64,000 nt of DNA, taken from positions 4,092,001 through 4,156,000 of the forward strand of contig OZ361258.1 in the NCBI GenBank assembly GCA_977018835.1, read 5' to 3'. How positions within the stretch are numbered: position 1 is the first letter of the stretch; every line of letters begins with the position of its first letter. Under the pieces are notes generated by a model. The model was not told where the DNA came from, ran no database searches, and saw nothing but the letters and a program-made list of their open reading frames with translations. Position numbers and translations under genes: made by a program. Shown one piece after another: positions 1-12,440 of the stretch. Source of the stretch: Minutocellus sp. GHC0000111. Taxonomy: Eukaryota.

Positions 1-2
1 AT

Positions 3-470
3 GCTCTTGTTGCGGCCGTTTGTGAGGAAGCCGACGATGATCCGACGGCAGCGCCGGAGGCAGACACATTCGGTAATTGGGACGAGACCAGAGAGAGGCC
101 GCCAATACCCCCTGCTTGCTGCACTGCCGCCAACCGAAGCTGCTCAATGTACGGCACACTCTTCTTTCAGAAATGCGTCTGCGAAGAAATGCTTGTGCCG
201 ACGGAGGAGGACCTGGAGGATATCGCTGACAAATACTACGCAACCACCATGCCAGTCGAAGCCATGGCAAATAATTTGAAGAGGAACATGCTGTATTGGT
301 ACTATGCAACTGAGGTGTATCATGTGAGAGGTTGGCTTGATCGGAAGCCCTTGCCAACCTGTCTAGTCTTTTGCATTAGGTTCATTTATCCAAATGATAA
401 AGGTGAACGATATGTTGGATTCATCCCTGGTCATCAAGATGAAGAGGAAGAAGAAGAGGAAAATGCATAA
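3..470 (+). CDS. KolX-like (P2X7 C-terminal-like) accessory protein, possibly 5'-partial
   Basis: Frame is open from position 3. It has Cys-rich segments followed by KRNMLYWYY...RGWLDRKPLPTCLVFCIRFIYPNDKGERYVGF, which fits the KolX/P2RX7-C pattern R..AY....G...R..(L/I)P.C.V..IR..(F/Y)P...G.Y.GF. Confidence 0.7.
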   Translation, partial: ALVAAVCEEADDDPTAAPEADTFGNWDETRERPPIPPACCTAANRSCSMYGTLFFQKCVCEEMLVPTEEDLEDIADKYYATTMPVEAMANNLKRNMLYWYYATEVYHVRGWLDRKPLPTCLVFCIRFIYPNDKGERYVGFIPGHQDEEEEEEENA

Positions 471-574
471 TCATTACCTCAACACATGTAGACAACAAGA
501 ATGTGCGTAGCACGTGAGTAACAGCACACAATAAATCCATTTTTATTTACAGTGATAAAATATTTTACACGTGT

Positions 575-2890
575 TTACAAGCTGCCATTTTCTCTCAGTA
601 TCGCCGGCATCCAAGAGCTAACATCATTTGCCGATACACCGAAGTTTGTCTTAGCTTTCTTATTATTTCTTGCAGATTTCTTGTTGCTGCCTGGGCTTCT
701 GCGCTTCTTTCCGGCGTAAACGACAACGTCGTCAGCATCGTCGCATTGACATTCAGCCCGAGTGTGGCCAAGCTGCTTGCATTTCTGACACTGCTGGTCA
801 ATCTTCTTCTTGCGGCCAGGCCTTGCTGGTTTCGCCTTACCAGCAGCTAGGGCCCTGTTCTTCTTGTACACATAGTCCTTGTCGTCTTTCTCACTTCTGT
901 TTCGCAAGGCTGCTCGAAGGCGCTTGCTGTCGCTCTTGCTCTTTTTGTACTCATCGGTGCGCTTACGCGCAAGGTCGCCCTCGAGCTTCCGGTCAATTGC
1001 ATCGAATCCATCTTTTCGGGTAGGAGAATCCCTCGATCCCAACTTTCCAAGAACTCGCTCATTGAATTCCGTACCCAGTGACTTGTGGCCAGCGGCTCTA
1101 CTTGTTGCATTTGGGTAGGCGTCTGAAGCAGTCAAATTCGGCCTTTTCCCCATCGTGAACTTCGTCACCATCCCGTTGAGCTGTTCGACGCCGGTGGTAG
1201 ATTCCTTCTTGCAGTTGGAGTCGGCAGTATTCTTGTTGATTCTCTTGGTTATTTCAAGCGTCATCTTGCGAATCGTGTCGTCACTAATCTCCAATACGTC
1301 GCCATCGAATTGATTCCCCGAGCTCCATTCCTCATCGAGCTTGCCATCACTCCAATCAGGATGAGCAATGCTGAGGCGAATCCAATCACACGTGTTGGTG
1401 GTGCAAAAAGTGTGAATGCCACATTGGTGACGAACGACGGACTGGAGTTCTTTCTGAAGGAGGGCCAGATGACTTTGTTTTCCTCCTCGGACACAGCACC
1501 ATCGGGCTGATCGAGAACGCTGTGCTTGTGCCGATCAGTAATCTTCGAAATGTCCTGTTTCATCCGATTGATGCGTGGTCGGGGGATGGCATTAAAATTT
1601 TCAACTCCCAACATTCTCGGCCAGATGCTCCTCTGCCACACCGGGGGAGTAGGAAGAGTTGCGATAGCAGAAGCCATCATGGTCGCACAGGGCCAGTGTC
1701 TCATCCTTGCTCATGTTTTTGAGCTCACTCGGCGTCATTGGATTGCCGGCTTCCCGCCTCTCCCTCAATCTTGCATTGCAGGCTCTCACGCAATAGTGGC
1801 AGCTTACCTGAGAGATTCCCTTGTCAACAACAAGGCCAGTTTCCTTGTCTACGGCAAATACCGCTGCAGCAGAGCCAGTGCAGCAATGGCCGTAGTCGCG
1901 TTTGAGGGCGCTGCCGTCTTGGGCCACCGTAACCACCGCCGCCGTGTGCATCTCGCCGCCTTGTTCAAACTCAACAGTCTTGCTGCTAGCGGCACATGCT
2001 TTTGCCCTATTCTCGTCCATGATTTCATCAGCTGCTTCAATAGCCGCTGCTGTGCATTTCTTTTCCACCTGTCGGGCATTCTTTTCGGTCGGATGGACGA
2101 TGTCGGCCTTCGTGCAGAAATTCATGAAGCGACTTGCGCACATGGCCTCATCTTCCGCTGCCTCCATCAGCTCCAAGTTCATTCCAGCCTGACTTCTAGA
2201 ATGCTTTCTGCCGGGGCACACAACTTCTGACCTCTGGCCGATCCAAGTGCAAAAAGAAAAAGGTTGGTTGCATCTATCGCATCGCCATTCAAATGCAACG
2301 CCGAGTCCACGCCGAACTGGCTCGGCCGAGAGATGCAGATTGCCGCACGATCGGTGGAGATTCTGTACGAAATCATGGAGCTGCTTCATCTCAACCACAA
2401 TTCTTTTGCCGTTGAGCTGCACGCCGGTGATGTTGGGACGATCGGTAGCGTTGGCGGTGGGAGTAGATGACCGACCGCCCGAAGAATTCTTGTCGGAACA
2501 ATGTTTCAGCATCGCGTTGAGATGGGGCCCATGCTCTTCATCGTCCTGGAAGTAATTTTCAGGTGTGGTCGGCAGTGATCGCTTGCCATTGCGTTGAGAG
2601 CGTGGGCTGGCGTTATCGGCTATTCTGGAGAAGCGGTAGAAGGGCTTTGCAACGTCAAGGCCTGATATTTTCTCTGGACGTCGTCGTTGGACATTGACCT
2701 CGTCGTGTCGTGTTGGGACGTGTTGAAGAGATGATCGAACAAGAGAGATCTCTAAGCTCGGCGACACGCCACCGCGCATCAAGATACGGACAAGCTCATC
2801 AATAGTGTAGTAAGTACATCTGACGTCGTCTGGGAATGAGAGCAAGAGTGAGAGGATTGCCTCCTTGGCGTTAGCACGTGATGTTTCCAT
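575..2890 (-). pseudogene. DDE transposase (Kolobok / Mutator-like domain), split into three frames with an internal deletion
   Basis: Motifs seen: H..C...WRCDRC zinc finger; VTVAQDGSALKRDYGH (first Asp); VDKETGLVVD..SCHYC; CYRN; RHQCGIHTFC..CDW; STTGVEQLNG (catalytic Glu); C-terminal CQKCKQLGHTRAEC knuckle. There is a stop at 1601-1603 and a frameshift near 1470. No GDGDS-type second-Asp segment was found. Confidence 0.7.
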
Positions 2891-3633
2891 GGTTGTTTTT
2901 TTGTTTTGTGTCGGTTCTGGCGCAAGATGCGCTTTTCGATGAGAACCTTACAAAAAGAACCCCAAATGAGGGAGACGTGCAAAAATACCCCAAACAAATA
3001 TCCCCTTACCTCCCAACAGCAAAACTTCAAGATATCTTCCCACCAGCACCACCAATGCTGGTTGTGCGTCGGCCGAGACTAACTTCGGTCGATCCGACGA
3101 TGACGCGTGCGTCGACTGCTGTGTTTCTGAGGGAGAGTTGATTCATCGAAGTTCCTCTGAACCAAGTGTTCCTGGAGGGATTTCCGACTTAATGCTGAAA
3201 GGAACGTCGATGACTCTTCGCCACTGTGGAGAGCGGCGGCCTTCGATGAGGAGCCCATTGTCACGTTGGAGTGCTAACTTTGGCGATGGTAAAAACGGCA
3301 CAAAACACGCATTTTGGGGGCTTCCTAAAAGTTATGGACAGCGCCCTCTTAATTCAATCAGTTCAACCAAAAGCAAAAGACCCAAAGGATATTGGAACGA
3401 CTGCGATCAACGAACGGTTGACACTTCACCACTCCAATTCATTGTTCTCCGCTCCAGTATCTTCCGTCGACCGCTGCGCGCTGGAACGAGCTCTTCACAC
3501 ATCGCAAGAAAGACTTTGTTTCATTCTGTGTGCATTATCAAAATTCAATTCGAGCCGAGGTTGCCGTTCTTCGTCGGCATTTGTCCTCGATAAATTTTCA
3601 TCTTGATTCTACCGAATTCGTCGTCACACAAGA

Positions 3634-6600
3634 ATGACCGGCATCATCGTCAATGCACCAGCAGGCCGGTACGTCCTCGCGACCGCTTCGCTCCTTGCCG
3701 CGCTCGTCGGCGTTTCGTCATCTTCCACTGTCGCCACCTCGGTCGATACCGCCGCTGCGGCGAAGAATGACCGCCCGCATGCCCGTCAGCTCCAGGCGAA
3801 CGCCACCTCGCATTTCGTCGGATGCGGCCGGCTCAACGGCTGCCCGAACGAACCCGACCACTTCGCCGACGACGCAGCCCTGCACGAGATCCGCTGCTGC
3901 TCCGATACCAACCCGACCCTGCCCCCGTACAACTTCACCGGACGGTGGGACGTCAAGGATCCACGCCGGGCCTACTCCTCTTCGACCTCGGGATTCGTCT
4001 GTCCGTACACGGAAAGTCCGGAATGGGACACCTCCAATAAATGTCCCGTCGGCACGTACCAGGACGCCGTCGACGTATGTGCCGAGGTGCCCGGTGCCCG
4101 ACTGTGCACGGCCCTCGAGGTCCTGAACGACTGCGCCCGTGGCACCGGATGTGGTCACGACGTCGACCTCATCTGGACCAATACCACCGAGGAGGAGGCC
4201 GGCATTGCCGCCAAACCACCTCTGGAAGCCGGCTGGAACACCGTGTTCGTCAACGACTTTGACGACGGGACGTGGCAGAACTTTGCCCCCGGCGGGGCCG
4301 ACGTCACCCTCAACTCCTACGGTCTTTGGACCTATGGCTTCAGCGCCGGTTCCCTCCGTCTCGTCGACAACAACAAGATGACGTCCAGCGCCGTCCTCAA
4401 CCTGACCGCTGCCGGTGTCGACTTGACCGCCTACGACTACCAGGTCCAGTTCTGGTGGTACATCCGCTCCTTTGAGAACGACGAGGACTTCTACGTCGAG
4501 TACTGCCCCCAGGCGTGCGAGGCCGAAGGTAGCTGGCAGGTCCTCGGACGGTGGGAACACTGCTGCACCCCAACCGAAACGTCCAACGCCTGCCTCAGCC
4601 AGAACCCAGACGAGTGCGACTTTGACAACGAGGATTTCGGATTCTACACCGTGTTCATGCCCACCTCGGGCAGTGATCCTCATCTTCGTTTTAGGAGTGA
4701 TTCGTCCGGTGCGGGCGATTATCTGTACATCGACCAGGTCGAGATTATGGCCAAGGGCACCGGTGAGCTGGCTCCGTCGGCCAGTCCCAGTGCCAGTCCG
4801 TCGGTGGCCCCGACTAGCAAGCCTTCGGTCACCGGAAGTGATGGGCCCAGTGCCGTTCCGGTAAGTCTGTTTGATGTGTACATTCATTTTAAATCGTTCC
4901 CAGCATGTACATACATGAATGTAATATATCTGATAAAACCTCACACTCCCTTCTCTTTTATTTGTGCCATTTTGTCGTATGTAGACCTCATCGCCCAGCG
5001 ATGTGCCGAGCCTGGACCCATCTGCCACTCCATCGGCGGTCCCAACCTCGTCTCCAAGCGATATGCCGACTCCCTACCGTTTCCTCCTCTCCGTCGTCCT
5101 CGCCGACATCGGCACCATCTACGTCGCCTACCATCGCTCCGACTCCGTCGTATGGATGGGAGACTTTCTTTGTGGACGACTTCGACACCGATTGGGGGCA
5201 TTTCTTCGCCGGTGGAGAGGGCAACTTCGTCACTCGCAACACAGGGGGGTCCTACTGGCGTCAGTTCAATTTCCGTGATTCTCCCGGAAGTCTCAGGCTG
5301 ACCTCCAAGATGGGGATGAACTCGTCTGCGATTGTCGATCTGACTCCCTTCCTCGACAACATCACCGCTTACGACCTCGCCCGCGTCAAGTTCCACTGGT
5401 ACGCCCGGTCCTTTGAGAACGACGAGGACTACTTCGTCGAGCTCTGTGCCGACGGCCTGACGTGCGAGGCTGACTCCTCGTGGCAAGTTCTCGGGAAGTA
5501 TGAGCGGTGTTGCACCCCAGAGGAAAGGGAGTCTGGTACCCGCGGCTGTAAGACGCAAACAACCTGCGACTTCAACAGCGAAGAGTCGGGTTTTCACAAG
5601 ATTGATTTACCCAAGCCCATTGGAAGCAATCCTCACCTTCGCATTCGCATGGATGCCTCTGGAACCGGCGATCAGCTCTTTGTTGATAACTTTGAGTTGC
5701 AGGTCCGTGGTACCGGTGAGCATGCTCCTTCGAGCGCTCCAAGTCAGTCTCCAACCACCAACGAGTGCAGTGCTGAGAATGGCGGATGCGATCAGTTGTG
5801 CACTCATCTTACCGGCGAGGCCGATCCACGAGAGTGCGACTGCTACGACGGATTCGTTCTCGATACTACCGACGGAACGAGCTGCCTGAATGTGAATGAG
5901 TGCGAAAGTGGCGAGCATCAGTGCCAACAGGTTTGTTACGACCTCACTCCTGATCCCATCGATAGTGGGCTCAAGTATGAGTGTGGTTGTGAGGACGGCT
6001 ATGAGCCCGTCAGTGAGGATCCAGCAGAAACCCAGTGCAAGGTGCGTACCTGCTCAATTGTAATTCTTCACTCGCTTGAAAAGGGACTTGCATCCTTCTT
6101 TCCCTTACTCACATTGTGCTTTTGATTTACCATCATGTTCTCTCCATGTGTAGGATATCGACGAATGCGCCGGCGGTTTGCACGATTGCCATGCAAATGC
6201 TGGGTGTTCCAATGAACCAATTGGAAGTTACACCTGCACATGCGATGCAGGATATTTTGGAGATGGCAGGAACTGTACCGAAGTGGAAGAGTGTCTCTCT
6301 GAGCCATGTCAGAATGGAGGAACATGCTCAGAGCCAGAAATAAATGACTACTTTTGCGACTGTACTGGGACAGGCTACAAGGGCAAGGTAGGTCGGATTT
6401 GATATATTGCTTTATATACTGTCATGATTTATTATTGTTTACCTATCTGACCCCATCCGCGCATCCCTCGCCCACGCTCAATTCCATCTTAGGACTGTCA
6501 CATCGAGATCGACGAGTGCAACGACGCCGAGTACCCCCATGCTTGTCACCAGGAGGCGACCTGCAACAACACAGTCGGTTCTTACGAATGCAATTGCAAT

Positions 6601-9600
6601 CCAGGATGGGAGGGAACGGGCTTCGAATGTGCCGACATTGACTACTGTGCATCAACTCCATGTTTCAACGGTGGAGATTGCGAAGAGCTCGCGGATGGCA
6701 CGTATTTTACCTGCCTTTGCGACGGCACAGGGTATCAAGGTGAACTATGCGACGAAGATATCGATGAATGCCAGGTCGATAATGGAGGGTGCGACCCTCT
6801 TACCGAGTGCACCAACGTGATTGGATCTCGCACATGTGGACAATGTCCAAGCGGTTACACAGGTACTGGTGATGCCGGCTGCTTAGACATTGATGAATGT
6901 GCCGATTCGAATCTCAATAACTGCCACGACAACGCGTTCTGCACTAACGATCCTCCCGGCGGGTACACATGTACTTGTAACGGGGGATATGAAGGCAACG
7001 GAGTTGAGTGCACGCAGCTCGACTCCACAAAGCTCGACTGTCCTGCTGCCGGTGAGCAAATCGATGTAAATCTCGACTTTGGTGGTATTCTTACCGTTAC
7101 GCCGTCCGCAACTGGCACGCTCTGTACTCTCACCGAGGTCCGCACCACCTCTGATGGATCGGAGGACGGCCAAGTCATCCCCGTTGCCCGATCCTATGAA
7201 GGTCATATTTGGGAGTCATCCGCCGGTGACCTTGCCACGAGTATCTTCAAAGATACGGACGGACAACCAGATTGCTTGCCCGATGGAAGTTCTTGTCAGT
7301 TGCTGCTTCCTCCCCTCGCTGATCCTGCTACCTACCGCTACGCACTGACTTCCTACGAGTACAGCCCGTCGAGAAGAGATCGAATTGCCCGGGCTCTCAG
7401 CCGTCTTACTTACGGCGCGACGCCAACAGATCTGAACCTACACGACAAGGCCGAGGTGGATAGTGATAGTGAGGCGTACCTTGCTGCCTACATCCAAGAG
7501 CAAATGGATGAAGAAATCACTCCAATGACTAGTCATCGGGAGTACTTCCGAAAGAGGACCAACCCCAAAGTTACTCATGCTGCCCGAGGCGGCCGGCCGG
7601 ATCATCCCTGTGATGCTCATTCTCGTTGGCGGAAATATTCTTTCATCCGTCACGATCGGGAAATTCTCTTGACCGATACCAAGAGAAAACTCTTCATCGA
7701 GTATGAGCCCAATGAAGTTGCTAGTCTCCCTCCTCCAGTCTTTTATGAAGCCGAGGACGCCGTCATGGTGGGCTACGAAGCTGATACCAAGTCGGCACCC
7801 AAGGACTCGTACTACTATGGATCGCACTACGCGAATCATGCGTGGGGAAAGACCGGAGAAGACGGATACATCGAATTTACTGTGACTGCAGATGCCGCCC
7901 AGGATTACGAGGTCGCAGTTCGGTACTCGAATTATGACAGGTACAGTGATCGTCCGATCGACCTCGTCGTCAACAATGTCACCGTTGCAACTCTTCCTTG
8001 TCCCTTCACCCTCAATTCCGACTACTGGCGTTATACCAAGCTCGTCAGCGTTCCTTTGATTGCCGGCGAGAACAAGATTAGAGTTGTTGCGACGACAGAC
8101 GGCTCTGTCGACATAGATCATCTTCGTGTCGGCCGCCTCCCTGCCGCCATCCTCAAAATAAATGGTCACGTCAGAGCAGTTGTGCCGGACGGCCTCGTCT
8201 TCCTCAAGAATCCCCTGGTTACCTTCGACCCTCAAGTCGCCTACGAATTCTGCGACATTGACGTGCCAAATGTTAATATGCCCCAAGGTATGATCGAGAT
8301 TAGAGATCCAACCATTGGCTCATGTTCCAGCACTGATTTGGACTTCGATAAGATGAATCCACCTGTGGATTTTACCGGCTACGAGCAGTATAGTCCGGGC
8401 GTCCTCTTCGACCTCCCTTCCAATACGGATAGTTCCGATTGGATTTTGCATGTTGATGAACAGGAACAATACCATCAGGTCACCGCCACGGATTATCTGT
8501 TGATCAATGGCATCGACGACGAGGCCAAGTGCTCTCAAATTCCTACTATTATGAAGGAGGATGATCTTCCCGTCTTTGCCAAGCTTCCAGACGGGACCTA
8601 TCTCCAGTGGACTCCCCAGCTTATTTTGGAAGAGAATTCTCCCGGTAACAACATCGCCGATGGCGGTGGTGAGGTCCAATTAGCTTCCGGCGGCGAAGTC
8701 AGGTGCAGCAATGTGCCTCGCAACATCTTTAACGAGGAATCATGTAGGCTCTCGATCGGTGACAATCCATGCACGCAGAGCGATGCCGCTGTTGAGGTTG
8801 ACGTCGTCCTCAACGAAGAGAATATTCGATCGTTCTTCCCTTTGATTGGGCGCTATGTTTACGCCATCAAGGGTTTGGTACTTGGCGATCCAGCAACCCC
8901 GTACGAGGAAAGCCCTTGTCTCACGACGGACTATACCCGATGGGAGAAGACAGATTCACCCTGTGACGTTGAGACGTCCCTACATAACGATACTGCCGCT
9001 GCCCTCACGCAAATGCTATCAGCCACCTCTGATAATGACAATCCTTACCTCACCGATGTGAAGTTCCCTGCCGGCGCGTCTTGCCACGTCGACGATGAAC
9101 AGAAGCTTGGCATTTCAATTACCGTTGGCGACATCTGCTACACTCAAGTGCATCGCAATCATCTCTCTGTGTACGACGCTACTGGATGGGCGGGCAAGGA
9201 TATGATGATGCCGAACAAAGACGCTCACCAAGGAAAGGTAAGTTGGTGGTATGGCTTTCTTTAATCTCGTCTATTTCGTCTTCGTCATTTAATTTGACAA
9301 AAGACGTGTCCTAAACCACGTCGTTTCGCTTATTCATGACAATGCAACCTCTCTTTAAACAGGCCCCAAACATTCAGAAGTGGAGTGAATGCTATCATAG
9401 CCCCGACGCCTTCGAAATAGAAAATCCGAACAAGTGCACAGAGGGCACCGGGGCAGTTCGTACAGACTTTGATGGTTGGTCCTTGACCTTCCCGAGTAAG
9501 GATCCACAAGATCAGTATCAAGTGAATACGCACTCAATGGACCGATGGTTAGTGAATGCAGCACCTTACTGGATTCCAGTCAAGTCTGACAATGATGGAT

Positions 9601-12327
9601 CGGGCAAAGGATCACGCTTTGGCGATGTTGTCAACTATCGGGATTTGATCACCGACCTGAAGGATCCCGCCGTTGCAAATGCACTCGGTGGCAGCGATTT
9701 CGTTTCCGTCGCCGATGGCGTCATCACCTGCGGCAGTGTAGGAGAGGTTGCCAACGATCCTGCGTTTGGCGCCATGTTTGATGCCGAGAACAACAAGGAG
9801 GAGACGACTAGCGATAACGACCATGAACAGCAGAAGACCAAGATCTGGACGAAGATTGCTTTGGAGTCAGCAGATCAGCTTCGCCAGCGGATGGCTTGGG
9901 CACTATCTCAGATCCTCACCATTGTCCCTGGCAACATTGATGCCAACACAGAGACCGAGATCTATGTCTCTTACTATGACATCTTCGTCCGGAATGCCTT
10001 TGGTAACTATTTTGACATCTTGAAGGAGATTTCCTACTCGCCCCTCCAGGCAGAGCATTTGACATACTTGGCCAGCAAGAGCCACGCCTACATATTCCAA
10101 GACGAGGACAAGCGTGTGAGCTCGAAAATTTTGCTCGTGAGATTAGCCAGGTGAGTGGTCTTCGAATCCCTTTTTCATTCTTTTTGTCTCTTAAATTTCG
10201 ATTCATGCTATCCCTACCTTTCTCATGCTCTCTTTCAATCACGTTCCTTTTTGTGCTTTCCCCTTTCAATTCGCACAGCTCTTCACCACCGGTCTCGTCA
10301 TGCTCAACCAAGACGGTACTCCCAAGCTCGATGACGACGGCAACGCCATCGACGTCTACGATAACGAGGACATCATGAGCTTTGCTCGTGGATGGACCGG
10401 CTTCCAGCGATTCATTGCCCGCGGCAACATCGAGAGCCGCAGCAACAACAATAGGCTCGATCCCATGTACATCGTGCAGGATTGGCGCGATCGATTCCCC
10501 AAGACCGATCTGACAGAGGGTTACATCGGCGACGGGTATCCTCTATGTACCGATCTCCCCGAGCGCATGTTCCTACGCAAGGGTGCCAAGTACCGTCTTC
10601 TTGGCCCCAACCCTCTCCCCGAACTAATCAAGGACAACCCGGATCTTGCCAATCCCAACTACGACATCAAGCGCTTCGTCCTTGCCCCGGGGCCTCTTCG
10701 CGTCGCCCTCAGCCAAGTCGGGGGCGAGTGGAAGGGCGTGGTCGTGCTCGACTCGAATCTTCTCTGCACCGGTGACGAGTGCGACGTCGATACCGTCCGT
10801 GTTGTCAAGGTTGACGACATAAGGACCGCCCAGCACCTACAGCGGCGGCACCATCAGGCAACGAATACAAAGCTGTCGTTTATCTCTTCTTTTCAGGTGG
10901 TGCGGACACGTTCAAGTAAGTGTTCTCTTATTTTATCGCGACGCAGCGCCGTTGATGATGGCATGATCCATCAACAAATTCTCACTGCAAAATTCTAATT
11001 TCTCCATTTCTCCATCTACAGCATGATGCCTCCGTATCCAGGAGCTTGCCCGGCCGAGAATGATCTCTACGCCAAGTATAAAGCAATTCGAGGAAATGTC
11101 GCGCTTACCATGGAAGGTCCAGACGGTCTCAATGGTACAGCAGATGACTTGCACCAATTACCCGTTACCGGCAACCCATCAAACTGCTCGGCTTTTGGTC
11201 TCCACCAAAATCTTGGTTTCCTCAAGGACCACGACCAGGAAGAGGCGCTCTTGGTGGCCAATACTGGCTTGCTCCTCAAGCCTGTCGATAAGAGCAATTA
11301 CAAGAAAGAGACTCCAACGCAGATATTTGCTCACAACAGTATGCAGAAAGAATCGAAATCCCTTGATCTCGAAAATGAAATCCGAGGAACTGGCATTATT
11401 GGCAGGATTGCCGATAGTATGAATTCAAACGGCTATAACTGCGGTACTTATTCTATTTCCGGCAATCAGATTGCACTGGTAGGCGAGCCGGGAGTCAGCC
11501 CCTCCCCCATCATTCTCAGCAAGAGCGGCCTCAAGGAGTTCGACCCTCAAAGCAGCAGCAAAGATCTGGCCAGATTGGTATCTGACAAGTACGGCATGTC
11601 CGAAGTGATTCGTTCGCTCAATAATGCGACCTCTGCTGATTCCAACTTCTTCGGAGAAACATGGAGCCTCAAGCTTACTGAGGCGATGGACCAGTACGCT
11701 GAAATCTACAATGCTCTTGAGAGCACGTACGTTCCATCTGGATTTCCCGACACTGGTCTCGCGGAGCAGCTTCGAATGGTCACCCAATTAATGCAATCTC
11801 GCGCCGAAAGAGGAAAAGACCGTGATGTATTCTACGTTGACATTGGAGGATGGGATACTCACAGCTATGTTCTCGATGAGCTGATTGGAAACTTTGGCAA
11901 TGTCAATGCTGCCATCGAGGCCTTCGTCAACGAGGTCAAAACTCTCGGCCTATGGCAGAGCACCACGTTGATGCAATTGAGCGAATTCGCGCGTACACTC
12001 GATCCCAACAGTGGTCCTCAAGGCGACGGAACCGGAGCAGGTAGTGACCACGGATGGGGAGGCAATAATTTCATCATCAGTGGAGCCCTGAAGGGCAAAC
12101 AAATCTTGGGAGAGTACCCAACTGACTTCACCGAGGAGGGCGAACGGGCCCTGTCCCGTGGTCGTCTGATCCCCAAAACTCCTTGGGATGCGGTATTCAA
12201 CGGTGTAGCTGAATGGTTCGGCGTGCCTTCTTCGGAATTGGACAAGGTCATGCCTCATCGCAAGAACTTTATGCCACCACTCAATGACGAAAACTTATTG
12301 TTCGACAAGAACACTTTATATCGGTAG
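3634..12327 (+). pseudogene. Giant secreted multidomain protein: Cys-rich domain, 2 beta-sandwich repeats, PS/PT linkers, 8 EGF-like repeats, CBM6/35-like domain, DUF1800 and DUF1501; frameshifted in this sequence
   Basis: GT-AG introns at 4861-4984, 6042-6153, 6388-6492, 9238-9362, 10151-10278 and 10916-11021. EGF-Ca consensus DIDEC repeats lie at 5760-7012. DUF1800 motifs: DQLRQRMAWALSQI, YYDIFVRNAFGNY, ENFAREISQLFTTGL. DUF1501 motifs: KAVVYLFFSGGADTFN, GGWDTH, SEFARTL, GSDHGWGGN. Frame breaks near 5071, 10122 and 10820. Confidence 0.8.
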
Positions 12328-12440
12328 AGGCGAAGGATCATCCTCTACCAGAATTAAGATGAATAACATGTATATTTAGAGTAAAACAATTGAAATACAC
12401 TCAACTTGATTCCTCGGTAGAGATCGTATTGTCCAATTCT

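Larger units (their letters stand above)
1..3348. mobile_element. Kolobok-superfamily-like DNA transposon, degenerate; left end lies outside the window
   Basis: Convergent KolX-like ORF (+) and DDE-transposase-like ORF (-). Putative right terminus ...GGACAGCGCCCTC (3348) is followed by TTAA (3349-3352), matching the Kolobok YY-3' end and TTAA target. The matching left TIR is not visible. Confidence 0.7.

Noticed and set aside
3341..3352. piggyBac terminus (TTAA)
   Set aside because: piggyBac ends are typically CCY...RGG. This end and the encoded proteins fit Kolobok better.
3718..5597. Long antisense ORFs (also 29324-31035, 52873-54390, 57911-58873, 62797-63528)
   Set aside because: These are shadow ORFs opposite GC3-rich real genes, with no motifs of their own.
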